Source: Spirochaetia bacterium
GTDB lineage: Bacteria; Spirochaetota; Spirochaetia; UBA9216
Assembly: GCA_965140585.1 (NCBI GenBank)
Contig: OZ223269.1
Coordinates: 800,001-864,000, forward strand
DNA length: 64,000 bases
Reading direction: 5' to 3'
The notes beneath the pieces are model-generated. The model made no database searches. It had not been told where the DNA came from and was given only the letters and a program-made list of their open reading frames with translations. A program made the translations under genes and the position numbers. This document shows positions 29,308-39,052 of the stretch, one piece after another. The first letter of the stretch is position 1; the number at the start of each line of letters is the position of its first letter.

Positions 29308-30135
29308 TTAAAAGTCTGTAAGGTTACCTTCTATATCGTAAATTTCTTCCAGTCCCCACTGCAGTACCGCACCGCCTATATAACCGAGCAGGCCGTACAT
29401 AATACCGTAAGACATTAAAACCATCTCAAATTCGTTGAGATCTGTAAGACTTCCTCCCGCCAGAAGAAGTATCCCGATATCTGCAGCTGTACAGGCAATT
29501 CCCAGGCTGTAGCAGCTCCACATGCCGATGCGGGTGTACTGGTTTCTTTTTGCCCTGTTATACATCAGTTTGGTAAGCTGTACTTTTTCATCTCCTTCAC
29601 CCCAGAAATATCTTTTTACATAGGTTGAAGAAGTGTCAGCTGCTCTTAGAGAATCGCTTGCGGAAGCCTGAGTTTGATTCTGATTTAAAAGTTCTCCGGC
29701 AAGCAGATTGCAGTTATCTACTAGATCATCAAGGCTGTCAAAAATCCCGGATGTATCCTTAACTATCTCAATATTGGCAACATCTATAAGCTTCATTGTG
29801 AGAATGTAGCGGCTTCCCACGCTTCCAAGGCTTCCGGTAATCACTTCATCTGCAGAAATAAGCCTTGCAATTTCTATTGCACAGGTATCATCAGTACATT
29901 CCTGATTTGTATAGGATGTACCATCAAGTGCCGACTCTCTCATGTCACGTTCAATAACTGTAATATTGTCAAAGCGATTAATAGTCGTATTAAGTAAATC
30001 AACTATAAGATTCCTTTCCTGTTCTGAAACGTTGCTGGTCTGAAAATCAATAATAGTTATTGTTTTCTGTGGTTGGCAGAATGCTGTACCAGTAAGAAAA
30101 ATAAAAGATACAAAAATCAGCAAAAGTTTTTTCAT
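29308..30135 (-). CDS. Exported protein with CsgG/TolB-N-like domain and C-terminal hydrophobic helices
   Basis: Signal peptide; ITIIDF...VIER...CTDDTCAIEIARLISADEVITGSLGSVGSRYILTMKLIDV pattern; two C-terminal hydrophobic segments. Confidence 0.65.
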   Translation of the reverse strand: MKKLLLIFVSFIFLTGTAFCQPQKTITIIDFQTSNVSEQERNLIVDLLNTTINRFDNITVIERDMRESALDGTSYTNQECTDDTCAIEIARLISADEVITGSLGSVGSRYILTMKLIDVANIEIVKDTSGIFDSLDDLVDNCNLLAGELLNQNQTQASASDSLRAADTSSTYVKRYFWGEGDEKVQLTKLMYNRAKRNQYTRIGMWSCYSLGIACTAADIGILLLAGGSLTDLNEFEMVLMSYGIMYGLLGYIGGAVLQWGLEEIYDIEGNLTDF

Positions 30136-30277
30136 TTTAAATCCTATTCTATATTTAATATTAGTAATGCAATTATTATATCAATACAGAGAATGTTGTC
30201 CATTGGAAATAAAAATTAGACTTACTGCATTTGCGCTTAATATTGTAATAAGATTGAAATACGAATAGAATAAACAT

Positions 30278-30979
30278 ATGCTGAATGACAGAGCCGTAAA
30301 AATAAAAAACAACATTGAAAAAATCAATGAAGATATTTCAAAAGCAGCAGATGGCGCAGGTCGTAAATCATCTGCAGTTAGATTGATGGCTGTTTCCAAA
30401 ACTAAGCCCATTGAAGATCTGCTTGCTGCATACGAGGCCGGACATCGGCTTTTCGGAGAAAACAGAATTCAGGAAATAATCGAAAAAAAGCCATTACTCC
30501 CGTATGATCTTGAACTTCATATGATTGGCCATCTTCAGAGTAATAAGGCAAAAGCTGCAGCAGAGAACGTTGACTGTGTACAGTCAATTGATAAACTCAA
30601 TACGGCGCGTGAGCTGAATAAAAAGGCTGTATCAACGGGTAGAAAAATTGATTATCTTATTGAAATAAACACCTCCGGAGAATATTCAAAAGACGGTTAT
30701 GACAGTTTTAAATCTGTACAATCCGATATTGAGCAGTACCTTGAGCTTGAGATGCTTAATCTCAGAGGATTTATGACAATCGCGCCCTTTACCGATGATA
30801 CGGCAGCAATCAGAAAATCTTTCAGAACGCTGTTTGAATATTATGAAAAAATAAAAACAGAACTCAAGCTTGATTCGTTTGATACACTTTCTATGGGGAT
30901 GTCGTCTGATTTTAATATTGCCATAGAAGAGGGAAGTACTCTTATTCGGATCGGAACTGCCATTTTCGGAGGCCGATAA
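30278..30979 (+). CDS. yggS: PLP homeostasis protein (YggS family)
   Basis: LMAVSKT, FGENRIQE, HMIGHLQSNK, LSMGMSSDF, RIGTAIFG. Confidence 0.96.
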   Translation: MLNDRAVKIKNNIEKINEDISKAADGAGRKSSAVRLMAVSKTKPIEDLLAAYEAGHRLFGENRIQEIIEKKPLLPYDLELHMIGHLQSNKAKAAAENVDCVQSIDKLNTARELNKKAVSTGRKIDYLIEINTSGEYSKDGYDSFKSVQSDIEQYLELEMLNLRGFMTIAPFTDDTAAIRKSFRTLFEYYEKIKTELKLDSFDTLSMGMSSDFNIAIEEGSTLIRIGTAIFGGR

Positions 30980-30988
30980 GTTTACTAT

Positions 30989-31405
30989 ATGAAGTTATTG
31001 ATAAAAAAAACAACTGTTTTACTTCTGATTATATCTTTACTAAGCATCAATTTCCTGTCATGTACAAGTATCGATGACAGCGATGAGGTGATTTCCGAAA
31101 AGGAACAGGAGCCCGAAGCTTATTCCGACGAGGAATTTCCGGGATGGCTTAATGATCTGCGAAGAGCTGAAATAATCTTTGCAGGGACAATTCCTCTGTC
31201 TGTACTTCTGTCCAGCCTTGGATACAGCGTATACAGAACTGTCACTGACAACAGTGATTCCGGTACAGATGCGTTCAGCAGCTTTCTCTCATCATCTGAC
31301 CTAACTAATGATGAAAATATGCAGATTATGACTATAAGCCTCGGGCTGTCGGCAACAGCCGCTCTTGCTGATTTTATTATCGGACTGTTTGATAAAGATG
31401 AGTAA
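30989..31405 (+). CDS. Hypothetical membrane lipoprotein
   Basis: Signal ending in FLSC (spirochetal lipobox-like); EEFPGWLNDLRRAEIIF block; two hydrophobic helices. Confidence 0.7.
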   Translation: MKLLIKKTTVLLLIISLLSINFLSCTSIDDSDEVISEKEQEPEAYSDEEFPGWLNDLRRAEIIFAGTIPLSVLLSSLGYSVYRTVTDNSDSGTDAFSSFLSSSDLTNDENMQIMTISLGLSATAALADFIIGLFDKDE

Positions 31406-32321
31406 ATCATTCAATTTTACAGTTCCGGATATCAGCAGACCTGAAAGAGTTGATATACTTATAACCGATCTCGATAAAAATCTCAGTAGAAGCAGCCTTA
31501 AAAACAGGATTGAGACCCTAAGGTGCAATGGGAATGATATTAAACTTTCCCGGAAAGTACAGACCGGAGATTTAATTTTCTATGAACTTACCGATGAGGT
31601 TTCTACAGAATTCAAGGCAGAAAAAATTGATTTTGATATAATTTATGAAAACGAGAATGTGATTGTAATAAACAAACTAGCGGGTATGGTAGTACATCCC
31701 GCTGCTGGTAACTATACAGGTACGCTTGCACAGGGGCTAAAGTATTATCTTTCCGAAACTGACAGCGATTTTACTGAGGAAGATACAAGGCCCGGTATTG
31801 TCCATCGGCTTGATAAGGATACCTCGGGTATTCTGATTACCGCTAAAAACACTTCATCACTGCATTTTCTCTCGGATGAGTTTCGTGAAAGAAGAGCAAG
31901 GAAGACGTATCTGGCCGTCATTCACGGAAAACTTCCCGCCATTAAAGGCGAAATTAAGACATTGATAAACAGAGACAGGAATGACAGAAAAAAAATGACT
32001 GTTAAAACTGGTTCAGGGCGGGAAGCGCACACTGAATACAGAGTTTTGAAAGTGTTTAAACAATATTCCTTTGTAGCGCTCTATCCTAAAACCGGACGTA
32101 CACATCAGTTGCGTGTTCACATGAAAAGTATGGGCACGCCGATATGCGGAGACCCGGTCTACTCTTCAAAAAAAGATCCTTTCGGCTTTGGACTTTCACT
32201 TCATGCCTATAAACTGAGAATCAGGGTGCCGGAAAACGGTTCAGAGAAAGAATCAGTTTTCAGAGCCCCCCTGCCTGAGCGCTTTAAAATTATTCTAATG
32301 GATCTTTCAAAAAGGGATTAA
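31398..32321 (+). CDS. rluD: RluA/RluD-family pseudouridine synthase
   Basis: S4-like N-terminus, NKLAGMVVHP, GIVHRLDKDTSG, TGRTHQLRVH, LHAY. Start moved to ATG 31398. Confidence 0.9.
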   Translation: MSKSFNFTVPDISRPERVDILITDLDKNLSRSSLKNRIETLRCNGNDIKLSRKVQTGDLIFYELTDEVSTEFKAEKIDFDIIYENENVIVINKLAGMVVHPAAGNYTGTLAQGLKYYLSETDSDFTEEDTRPGIVHRLDKDTSGILITAKNTSSLHFLSDEFRERRARKTYLAVIHGKLPAIKGEIKTLINRDRNDRKKMTVKTGSGREAHTEYRVLKVFKQYSFVALYPKTGRTHQLRVHMKSMGTPICGDPVYSSKKDPFGFGLSLHAYKLRIRVPENGSEKESVFRAPLPERFKIILMDLSKRD

Positions 32322-32862
32322 ACATTTTTTCAGCTTTTATTGTAGTCGGCGCACCATGACCTGGAAAAATCAGAAGATCATCTTCCATCCCGAAAACCTT
32401 GTCCCTGATGTTGGATTTCAGCTGTTCCTCGGCAATCCTTGAAAGTCCGTCATCAAGACTTCCGGCATATATAACATCGCCTGTAAAAAGCATGTTTTGA
32501 ATACGGAATATCATTGAGTCGGATGAATGTCCGGGAACATTGATCACATTAACAATGAAGTCATCAAGATGCAGGATATCGGAATCATTTATCTGATTGA
32601 TTTCTACATCGAACGGAAGTTCCATATTACTGTAAATATCAGCATCATAGATTTTTTTAAGGGTCTTTATTCCATTAACATGCGACTTGTGATTGTGAGT
32701 AACAAGAATATGTTTTATATAGAAATTATTGTTCTCTATCTGTTTTAAAAGCGGTATGTCCATTACGCCCGGATCAATGATAATCGCATTACCACCTTCG
32801 GATGGTCCTAAAAGATAGGTGTTGGAGAAATTTGCAAGAACAAAATGGAAAAACAGTTTCAT
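32290..32862 (-). CDS. MBL-fold metallo-hydrolase (glyoxalase II-like)
   Basis: IIDPG, THNHKSH (variant of HxHxDH), PGHS, FTGD, PGHG. Confidence 0.85.
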   Translation of the reverse strand: MKLFFHFVLANFSNTYLLGPSEGGNAIIIDPGVMDIPLLKQIENNNFYIKHILVTHNHKSHVNGIKTLKKIYDADIYSNMELPFDVEINQINDSDILHLDDFIVNVINVPGHSSDSMIFRIQNMLFTGDVIYAGSLDDGLSRIAEEQLKSNIRDKVFGMEDDLLIFPGHGAPTTIKAEKMFNPFLKDPLE

Positions 32863-33455
32863 GGATTATCTCCCCGGGAAAATTCTGCTTCCTCGGAATT
32901 GGAATACTTAAAACTCACATTCTGACGGGTTGAGCTGATAAAGTTTACCTTCTTAAGGTTGCAGTCGTTGAAATTAACATTTTTCATTTCTGTTGAAACA
33001 AAGCAGGAATAATAGAGGTCACAGCTTTTGAAATCGGCAATATCAAAGTTCGCACCGTTAAAATTTGTATGAAGAATATCAGAACCGTTAAAAACGCAGT
33101 CAGTGAAAACAGAGCCGGCAAAAACTGAATATTTAATATCCGTATCTGCAAAGCTGCAATTGTAGAATTTACAAAAATCAAAAAAACAGAGCTTAATACT
33201 GATGTTGTCAAAGTTCATGTTTGTAAATATTGTACCGGAAAATTTACTGGTAATGATACTTTTACAGGGTATATGGAAATTTTCTATATGCCCCTTGCAT
33301 AATTTAAAGTTCATCATTTGAGCGCAATCGCTTAGCTGTGATACTGTCTGCCTTAAAAACCCTTCGGTATCATCAATATGATTAAAGCAGTATTTACTTC
33401 CTGATACCGCATATTCCTGACAATCATCTTGCAGGCATTTTTTGAATGAAAACAT
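32859..33455 (-). CDS. Pentapeptide repeat protein
   Basis: Five-residue periodicity (FCKFY-NCSFA...DCVFN-GSDIL-HTNFN-GANFD...DCNLK-KVNFI); N-terminal C..C...C.H motif. Confidence 0.88.
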   Translation of the reverse strand: MFSFKKCLQDDCQEYAVSGSKYCFNHIDDTEGFLRQTVSQLSDCAQMMNFKLCKGHIENFHIPCKSIITSKFSGTIFTNMNFDNISIKLCFFDFCKFYNCSFADTDIKYSVFAGSVFTDCVFNGSDILHTNFNGANFDIADFKSCDLYYSCFVSTEMKNVNFNDCNLKKVNFISSTRQNVSFKYSNSEEAEFSRGDNP

Positions 33456-33529
33456 CTTTAAATCATATCAGCCTTTTTCAAAAAACTCAAATACTGGACA
33501 ATCAATTATTATTAAGGTTATTATCAGGT

Positions 33530-33820
33530 ATGTCAGTATGTTATTTCTGCGGATATGAATTTGATTACGGTTTTAAGCCCGGTAGAAATACTGAGTGCCC
33601 CGAATGCCGGAAACCAGTGCACTGCTGTAAAAACTGCAGTTTTTACAAGCCCGGAATGAAATGGGACTGCAGTGAGAATATCAGTGAGAACGTAAAAGAT
33701 AAAGAGTCCGGCAATTTCTGTGACTATTTCGTATTTGGAAACTCAAAATCAGACGGAGCAGGAGCGCTTAAAGCTTCTGATGCCCGTAAGGGTTTTGATA
33801 ATCTTTTCGGCAATGGATAG
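33530..33820 (+). CDS. Small Cys-rich (putative zinc-binding) hypothetical protein
   Basis: CYFC, CPEC, CCKNC, WDC, NFCDYF; start moved to ATG 33530; overlaps the murI start. Confidence 0.75.
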   Translation: MSVCYFCGYEFDYGFKPGRNTECPECRKPVHCCKNCSFYKPGMKWDCSENISENVKDKESGNFCDYFVFGNSKSDGAGALKASDARKGFDNLFGNG

Positions 33821-34607
33821 CAGACCGGTAGCATTCATTGATTCAGGAGTCGGTGGTCTGCCGTATCTGAAATGGGTCAAACAGCATCTTCCTTTGGAAA
33901 AATTTATTTATATCGCCGATAACGCGAATTTTCCCTATGGGCCGAAGCAACGTGAGGAGCTTCAGATTCTTCTCGAAACGCTTGTTCGAAAGCTTATTGA
34001 AAAACATAATCCGAAGATTATTGTAGTAGCCTGCAACACTGCCTCGGTTACCGCCCTTGCATATCTTAGAATGAAATTTGATATTCCTTTTGTCGGTACT
34101 GTACCGGCAGTAAAAACTGCAGCCCTTAAATCGGTTAATAAAAAAATAGGACTAATGGCAACCGAGCGAACCTTGAATGATGTTTATACTGAAGCACTCA
34201 TTCATGAACATGCTTCCGGCTGTGAGATTTACCGTTTTTCAGGAACAGAAATAATCGATTTTATCGAAAAGAAGCTTTATGACTCATCAGATGAGGAAAA
34301 GCAGAAAGTCCTGAGCCCTGCAATGAAGTTTTTCTCAGATAACAATACAGATAAGATAGTTCTCGGATGTACTCACTTTCTGCTTATGGAAGAGGAATTA
34401 AGAAAATATAATTCAGGAAATTTTGAAATTATTGATTCGAGGGACGGTGTCGGCAATCAGATTATTCGAGTTCTCACAAATAATAATCTATTGTCAGAAG
34501 AAAAAAGAGGCAGTGATCTTTTTATACTTACTGATAAATCGGGAACCTCAGAAAAACTGAGGAATTCTACCTGGATTCTGGAAGAGTACGGATTATGCGC
34601 GGAATAG
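33813..34607 (+). CDS. murI: Glutamate racemase
   Basis: DSGVGG, FPYG, ACNTAS, LGCTHF. Start moved to ATG 33813. Confidence 0.96.
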   Translation: MDSRPVAFIDSGVGGLPYLKWVKQHLPLEKFIYIADNANFPYGPKQREELQILLETLVRKLIEKHNPKIIVVACNTASVTALAYLRMKFDIPFVGTVPAVKTAALKSVNKKIGLMATERTLNDVYTEALIHEHASGCEIYRFSGTEIIDFIEKKLYDSSDEEKQKVLSPAMKFFSDNNTDKIVLGCTHFLLMEEELRKYNSGNFEIIDSRDGVGNQIIRVLTNNNLLSEEKRGSDLFILTDKSGTSEKLRNSTWILEEYGLCAE

Positions 34608-35524
34608 TTCTATACGGAATAAATAATATCTATACCGTTGAAACCGATAACGGTACCTTTGAATGCCGTTTCAAGGGGAAAAAACTGAAAGGTGCTGAAG
34701 ATGAATACAATCCCCTGGCATCCGGCGACTATGTTGAAATTGAAATAGATGAGCATCATCCCGGAAAGGCCATGATTATCTCCAGATATCCCAGAAGTAA
34801 TTCCTTCGCCAGATGGAACCGTAAACGTAACTGTATTCAGACAATAGCTGCAAATATTGATCTTGCAGTATGTATTCTTTCTCCCGAATCTCCTCCCTTC
34901 CGGCCCCGATTCTGCGACAGGGTTCTTGTCAACTGTGAACAGAATATTGAGGTCCTTATAGTTCTTAATAAAATTGATCAGTTTATATCAGAAGAGGTTG
35001 AACGCTGGCTTGAAATATGGCAGTCGCTCGGATACCGTATTCACAAGTGCAGTACAGTTACCGGAGAGGGTCTTGAAGAGCTTAAGGACATCATTTCAGA
35101 CAGAACCTCAGCCTTTGTCGGCCAGTCAGGTGTCGGTAAGTCTTCTGTTCTAAACTGCATAAATCCTGATTTCAATTTCCGTACAGGCGAGGTTTCAGAT
35201 AAATTCAATAAGGGCACTCATACAACATGCTATGCAGTGCTTGATGTATGGGAAAGAGGCAGGATAATTGATACGCCGGGTATCAAGGAAATTGATCCAG
35301 TCGGTATGGAACCTGAAAATCTGTCACATTTTTTGCCTGAATTTGTTCCATTTTTAAACGACTGTTCACACAGCCAGTGCCTGCACGATCATGAACCCGG
35401 ATGCAGAGTTAAAGAAGCCGTTAAAAACGGAGAAATAAGTGAAGAGCGATATGACAGTTATCTCAGAATCCTCGAAAATCTGAAAAAAAGAACTGAATAC
35501 AATAAATATAAAAAGGGGAAGTAA
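34595..35524 (+). CDS. rsgA: Ribosome small subunit-dependent GTPase A
   Basis: OB-fold N-terminus, NKID, GQSGVGKSS, GTHTT, DTPG, C-x4-C-x-H...C zinc site. Confidence 0.96.
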   Translation: MRGIVLYGINNIYTVETDNGTFECRFKGKKLKGAEDEYNPLASGDYVEIEIDEHHPGKAMIISRYPRSNSFARWNRKRNCIQTIAANIDLAVCILSPESPPFRPRFCDRVLVNCEQNIEVLIVLNKIDQFISEEVERWLEIWQSLGYRIHKCSTVTGEGLEELKDIISDRTSAFVGQSGVGKSSVLNCINPDFNFRTGEVSDKFNKGTHTTCYAVLDVWERGRIIDTPGIKEIDPVGMEPENLSHFLPEFVPFLNDCSHSQCLHDHEPGCRVKEAVKNGEISEERYDSYLRILENLKKRTEYNKYKKGK

Positions 35525-35525
35525 T

Positions 35526-37898
35526 CTGGAAAAGCATACAATTGAGCTGCTTGATTTTTACTCAGTTAAGAAAAATGTATCTGAATACGCTTTCTCTCCG
35601 GGCGGAGCGCTCCTTATACTCACACAGGAACCTGATACCGACTCAAAAGTTTTAAATTATAAAAAGGATTTTGTTTCCGACTGGAAGAAGCTCCTGAGCT
35701 CTGATCTGAAACGGCCTTCTTTTAGTTTTACAGACATATACTTTACAGATAAACTCGGCAAAAAAGGAATGGTTCTTGAAGGACAGGAACTTGCAGCCGC
35801 AGCTGATTTTATAATTTCATCCTTACGGTTGAAGAAATACTGCACATCTGTTCCTGAACAGGGAATTTCGATGTCAGGAATTCTCTCTGAAGCAGCCGAA
35901 AAAATACCGGATCTGCACCAGTGTTCAGACTCCATATTCAAAGAAATTAATCCTGATGGAACTGTTAAGGAAGATCATCCGCTTTTAAAGAGCGCCAGAG
36001 CTAAAATTGCCGCTCTTCATAAGAAGATAAGCAGAATATCATCTGATTTTATTTCTGATGATAAAGGAATATGGCAGAATACAGTTCCGTCCCAGCGCGA
36101 TGGAAGAATTGTTCTTCCTCTGAAAACTAATTATAGAGGAAGAGTTAAAGGTCTGGTTCATGAGTTTTCATCAAGCGGAGCAACTGTCTATATTGAACCT
36201 TTTGAGCTTGTAGAACTTAACAACCAGATGAGTTACGAGCAGAATCAGCTCGCGCAGAAAGTTAACAAAATATACAGGGCCTTAACAGAAAAGCTGAATG
36301 ACAGCTTTCAGGATTTTCTTTTCCTAATAGATACTGTATCCGAGATTGATTCTTATTATGCCAGAGCAGTTCACTCAATTCGAAACAGATGTGTCAGACC
36401 CGTTGAGATAGAGAGGGGAATAACTATCAATCAGGGTCGTCATCCTGCACTCGGTTCAAAGGCTGTTCCCATAACAATCTCAATAAACCCGGAAATTAAA
36501 ACTTTAATTATTACCGGTCCGAATGCCGGAGGTAAGACAGTTACGCTCAAAACCTGCGGCATTTTTATATTAATGAACCAGTTCGCACTTGAACTTCCGG
36601 CTGAAGAAGGTACTGAAATAAGCCTGTATACCGATATCATAGCCGACATCGGTGATGATCAGTCTATCGAAGAATCGCTGTCTACTTTCAGCGGACATAT
36701 GAAAAGGATTTCAGAAATCCTCAGAAAATCAGACAACCGAACCCTGGTGCTCCTTGATGAGCTTGGTTCAGGTACTGATCCGGTTCAGGGTTCCGCTATT
36801 GCCTCATCGGTCCTTGAGGAACTACTGGGACGGAATGTTACAACTGTCGTAACCACACACCATTCAGCTGTTAAAAGATTCGGGTATACCAGGAATGGTG
36901 CCGCCAATGCTAGCGTAGAGTTTGATTCTGAAACAATGAAGCCAACCTATAGAATAATTGAGGGCGTACCTGGAGAGAGTCATGCTGTTGAAATAGCTTT
37001 ATCCTGCGGTATAGACAGCCGGATCATCGATTCTGCAAAAAAACTTATAGATGATGGAGATTCCTCCGTTGAAAGTATGATAGCCGAACTTGAAAGACGT
37101 CAGAGGGAGTTCCTGGTAAGAGAAAAAGAGCAGCAGGATCGTGAATCGAAATTCAATGAAGTAAGAAAAAAGAAAGATTTGGAAATCCTTAAGCTCAGAC
37201 AGCAGAATATGATATTGAAAGAATCAGAATTCGGTGAGCTTAAAAGTTTTATTCAGCGAACAAGAAGTGATCTGGAGAACCTTGTCAGAGAACTTCGTGA
37301 AGGTGAAATAACACGTGAAAAGAATTTAAAAGTAAAAAGTTTTATTGAAAATATGAGCGGTGTACTTGAAGATGAAAAAGTCAAACTCGATTTGGAAAAA
37401 GATTCGGTAGACTATATTGAAAAGGGTTCAAGTGAAAACCGTGATTTGAATATCGAGCTATCAGAAGGTATGCAGATAATAAACAGAAAAACCAGAAAAA
37501 AGGGCATACTCATTGAAAAAAGAAAGAATGATGAATGGATAGCCTCTTTCGGTAATATTAAACTGAATGTTAAAGTTAAGGATATAGAACCCCTTGCTGC
37601 AGATAAGAAAAGCGAAAGTAAAATCAGTATTGCCAGCAGCGGTTTTGATATAAAAGCCAGCTTCGAACTTGATATTCGGGGTATGCGCGTGGATGAAGCA
37701 CGTGATGCCCTTGAACGTCAGCTTGATGGTGCAATTTTAAGCAGTCTAAATGAGTTTTCGGTGATTCATGGCCTTGGTGATGGTATTCTTCAGAAGTTCG
37801 TGCATGATTTTCTGAAAAAAAACAGAAACGTAAAAGAGTTTTTTTTCTCGGATGCTGAATCCGGAGGATTTGGAAAGACTATTGTTAAGCTGAAATAA
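35526..37898 (+). CDS. mutS2: Endonuclease MutS2 (probable CTG start)
   Basis: GPNAGGKT, DIGDDQSIEESLSTFSGH, LLDELGSGTDP, C-terminal Smr (LDIRGMR, IHGLGDG). The frame is open 81 codons upstream of ATG 35769 and reads xEKHTIELLDF..., a MutS2-like N-terminus. Confidence 0.92.
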   Translation: MEKHTIELLDFYSVKKNVSEYAFSPGGALLILTQEPDTDSKVLNYKKDFVSDWKKLLSSDLKRPSFSFTDIYFTDKLGKKGMVLEGQELAAAADFIISSLRLKKYCTSVPEQGISMSGILSEAAEKIPDLHQCSDSIFKEINPDGTVKEDHPLLKSARAKIAALHKKISRISSDFISDDKGIWQNTVPSQRDGRIVLPLKTNYRGRVKGLVHEFSSSGATVYIEPFELVELNNQMSYEQNQLAQKVNKIYRALTEKLNDSFQDFLFLIDTVSEIDSYYARAVHSIRNRCVRPVEIERGITINQGRHPALGSKAVPITISINPEIKTLIITGPNAGGKTVTLKTCGIFILMNQFALELPAEEGTEISLYTDIIADIGDDQSIEESLSTFSGHMKRISEILRKSDNRTLVLLDELGSGTDPVQGSAIASSVLEELLGRNVTTVVTTHHSAVKRFGYTRNGAANASVEFDSETMKPTYRIIEGVPGESHAVEIALSCGIDSRIIDSAKKLIDDGDSSVESMIAELERRQREFLVREKEQQDRESKFNEVRKKKDLEILKLRQQNMILKESEFGELKSFIQRTRSDLENLVRELREGEITREKNLKVKSFIENMSGVLEDEKVKLDLEKDSVDYIEKGSSENRDLNIELSEGMQIINRKTRKKGILIEKRKNDEWIASFGNIKLNVKVKDIEPLAADKKSESKISIASSGFDIKASFELDIRGMRVDEARDALERQLDGAILSSLNEFSVIHGLGDGILQKFVHDFLKKNRNVKEFFFSDAESGGFGKTIVKLK

Positions 37899-37947
37899 TT
37901 TAGATATCTGTTAAAAAAATAATGTTTTATTGAGGTTATACATAAAC

Positions 37948-38343
37948 GTGGTTTATAGTCAGAAGATTAGAGAGTTTGATGACAAATTAAAAAAAATTTT
38001 CGATATTATTGACGATTATCTGGAAAACAATTACGGTAATAGATACAGATTACATCCAAACCGACCAGAACGGGGAAAAACTGCTAACAAAGCTAGTGAC
38101 GGCCTGTTTAACGTCGGCGCAAGTTTCAGCGCAGGCTACGGCAGTGTCCATGGGAGGGGATACGTTGTAGATGTCGATCTGGTAACCCTTGACTATGTTC
38201 CGGAGGAAGTGTTCCGGCGTATTGAAGGGGAAGTCGGAGATCTTTTGAGAGAAATCATTACCGAAGTTTTTCCTGAACAGGATATTCATGTTTCCAGAGA
38301 TGGAAATGTTCTCAAAATTTATGGAGATCTCATCGTAAAGTAG
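37948..38343 (+). CDS. Conserved hypothetical protein
   Basis: LHPNRPERG...DGLFNVGASFSAGYGS..GRGYVV block; GTG 37948 preferred (GAGGT upstream), ORF track start 37930. Confidence 0.7.
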   Translation: MVYSQKIREFDDKLKKIFDIIDDYLENNYGNRYRLHPNRPERGKTANKASDGLFNVGASFSAGYGSVHGRGYVVDVDLVTLDYVPEEVFRRIEGEVGDLLREIITEVFPEQDIHVSRDGNVLKIYGDLIVK

Positions 38344-38379
38344 TTCATTTATAAAATTATACTTTTCACAAAGACGGTG

Positions 38380-38408
38380 TTGCGTCTGCAGGAAAGGTTT
38401 AATAATAT
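38380..38408 (+). promoter_or_regulatory. Probable sigma70 promoter of the V-ATPase operon
   Basis: TTGCGT-17 nt-TAATAT. Confidence 0.5.
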
Positions 38409-38442
38409 ATAGTAATAGATTCTGATTAAATGTGAGGATTAT

Positions 38443-39048
38443 ATGGACGTTCAGCTTAAAGAACTTTTAGAAAAGATTAATAAAGAAGGCGTTCAAGACG
38501 CCGAACAGAAAGCCTCTGAGATTGTTTCCGGTGCTGAAAATAAGGCAGGAAAAATTGTTGCTGAAGCAGAAAAAAAAGCGGAAAAAATCATTGCAGATGC
38601 AAAGGCAGAGGCTGCAAAGGCTGAAGCCGGCGGAAAAGCTGCGATCACACAGGCGGGGCGCGACCTTGTTCTTAAAACAAAAACTGAAATTGAAAAACTT
38701 TTTAATTCCATCATAGAAGGCGAAATCAAGGATATATACAAGGGTAAGGTTCTTGAGGATGCTGTTGTTACCGTAGTGAAAAGCTGGTCTAAGGACAGCG
38801 CTGCTGCAGTACAGCTGGCTGAAAAAGATCTCAAGGAACTTGAATCGGGACTTAAATCGAAACTTGCTGCAGAACTGAAAGCGGGTTTTGAAATTAAACC
38901 GTTCAGCGGTATTGAATCCGGGTTCAGGGTTTCTGAAAAAGACGGTTCAGCCTACTATAATTTTACATCTGAGGGTATTGCAGAGGTATTCTCGGCACTG
39001 CTTAATCCGAAGCTTGCAGAGATCGTTAAAGAAGCTGTAAAGGAGTAA
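38443..39048 (+). CDS. atpE: V-type ATP synthase subunit E
   Basis: LLEKINKEGV plus Ala/Glu/Lys coiled coil; first gene of an E-C-A-B-D-I-K operon. Confidence 0.88.
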   Translation: MDVQLKELLEKINKEGVQDAEQKASEIVSGAENKAGKIVAEAEKKAEKIIADAKAEAAKAEAGGKAAITQAGRDLVLKTKTEIEKLFNSIIEGEIKDIYKGKVLEDAVVTVVKSWSKDSAAAVQLAEKDLKELESGLKSKLAAELKAGFEIKPFSGIESGFRVSEKDGSAYYNFTSEGIAEVFSALLNPKLAEIVKEAVKE

Positions 39049-39052
39049 TATT

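Noticed and set aside
35526-35768. mutS2 as a 5'-truncated pseudogene
   Set aside because: The frame is uninterrupted and all domains are intact; a non-canonical start explains it.
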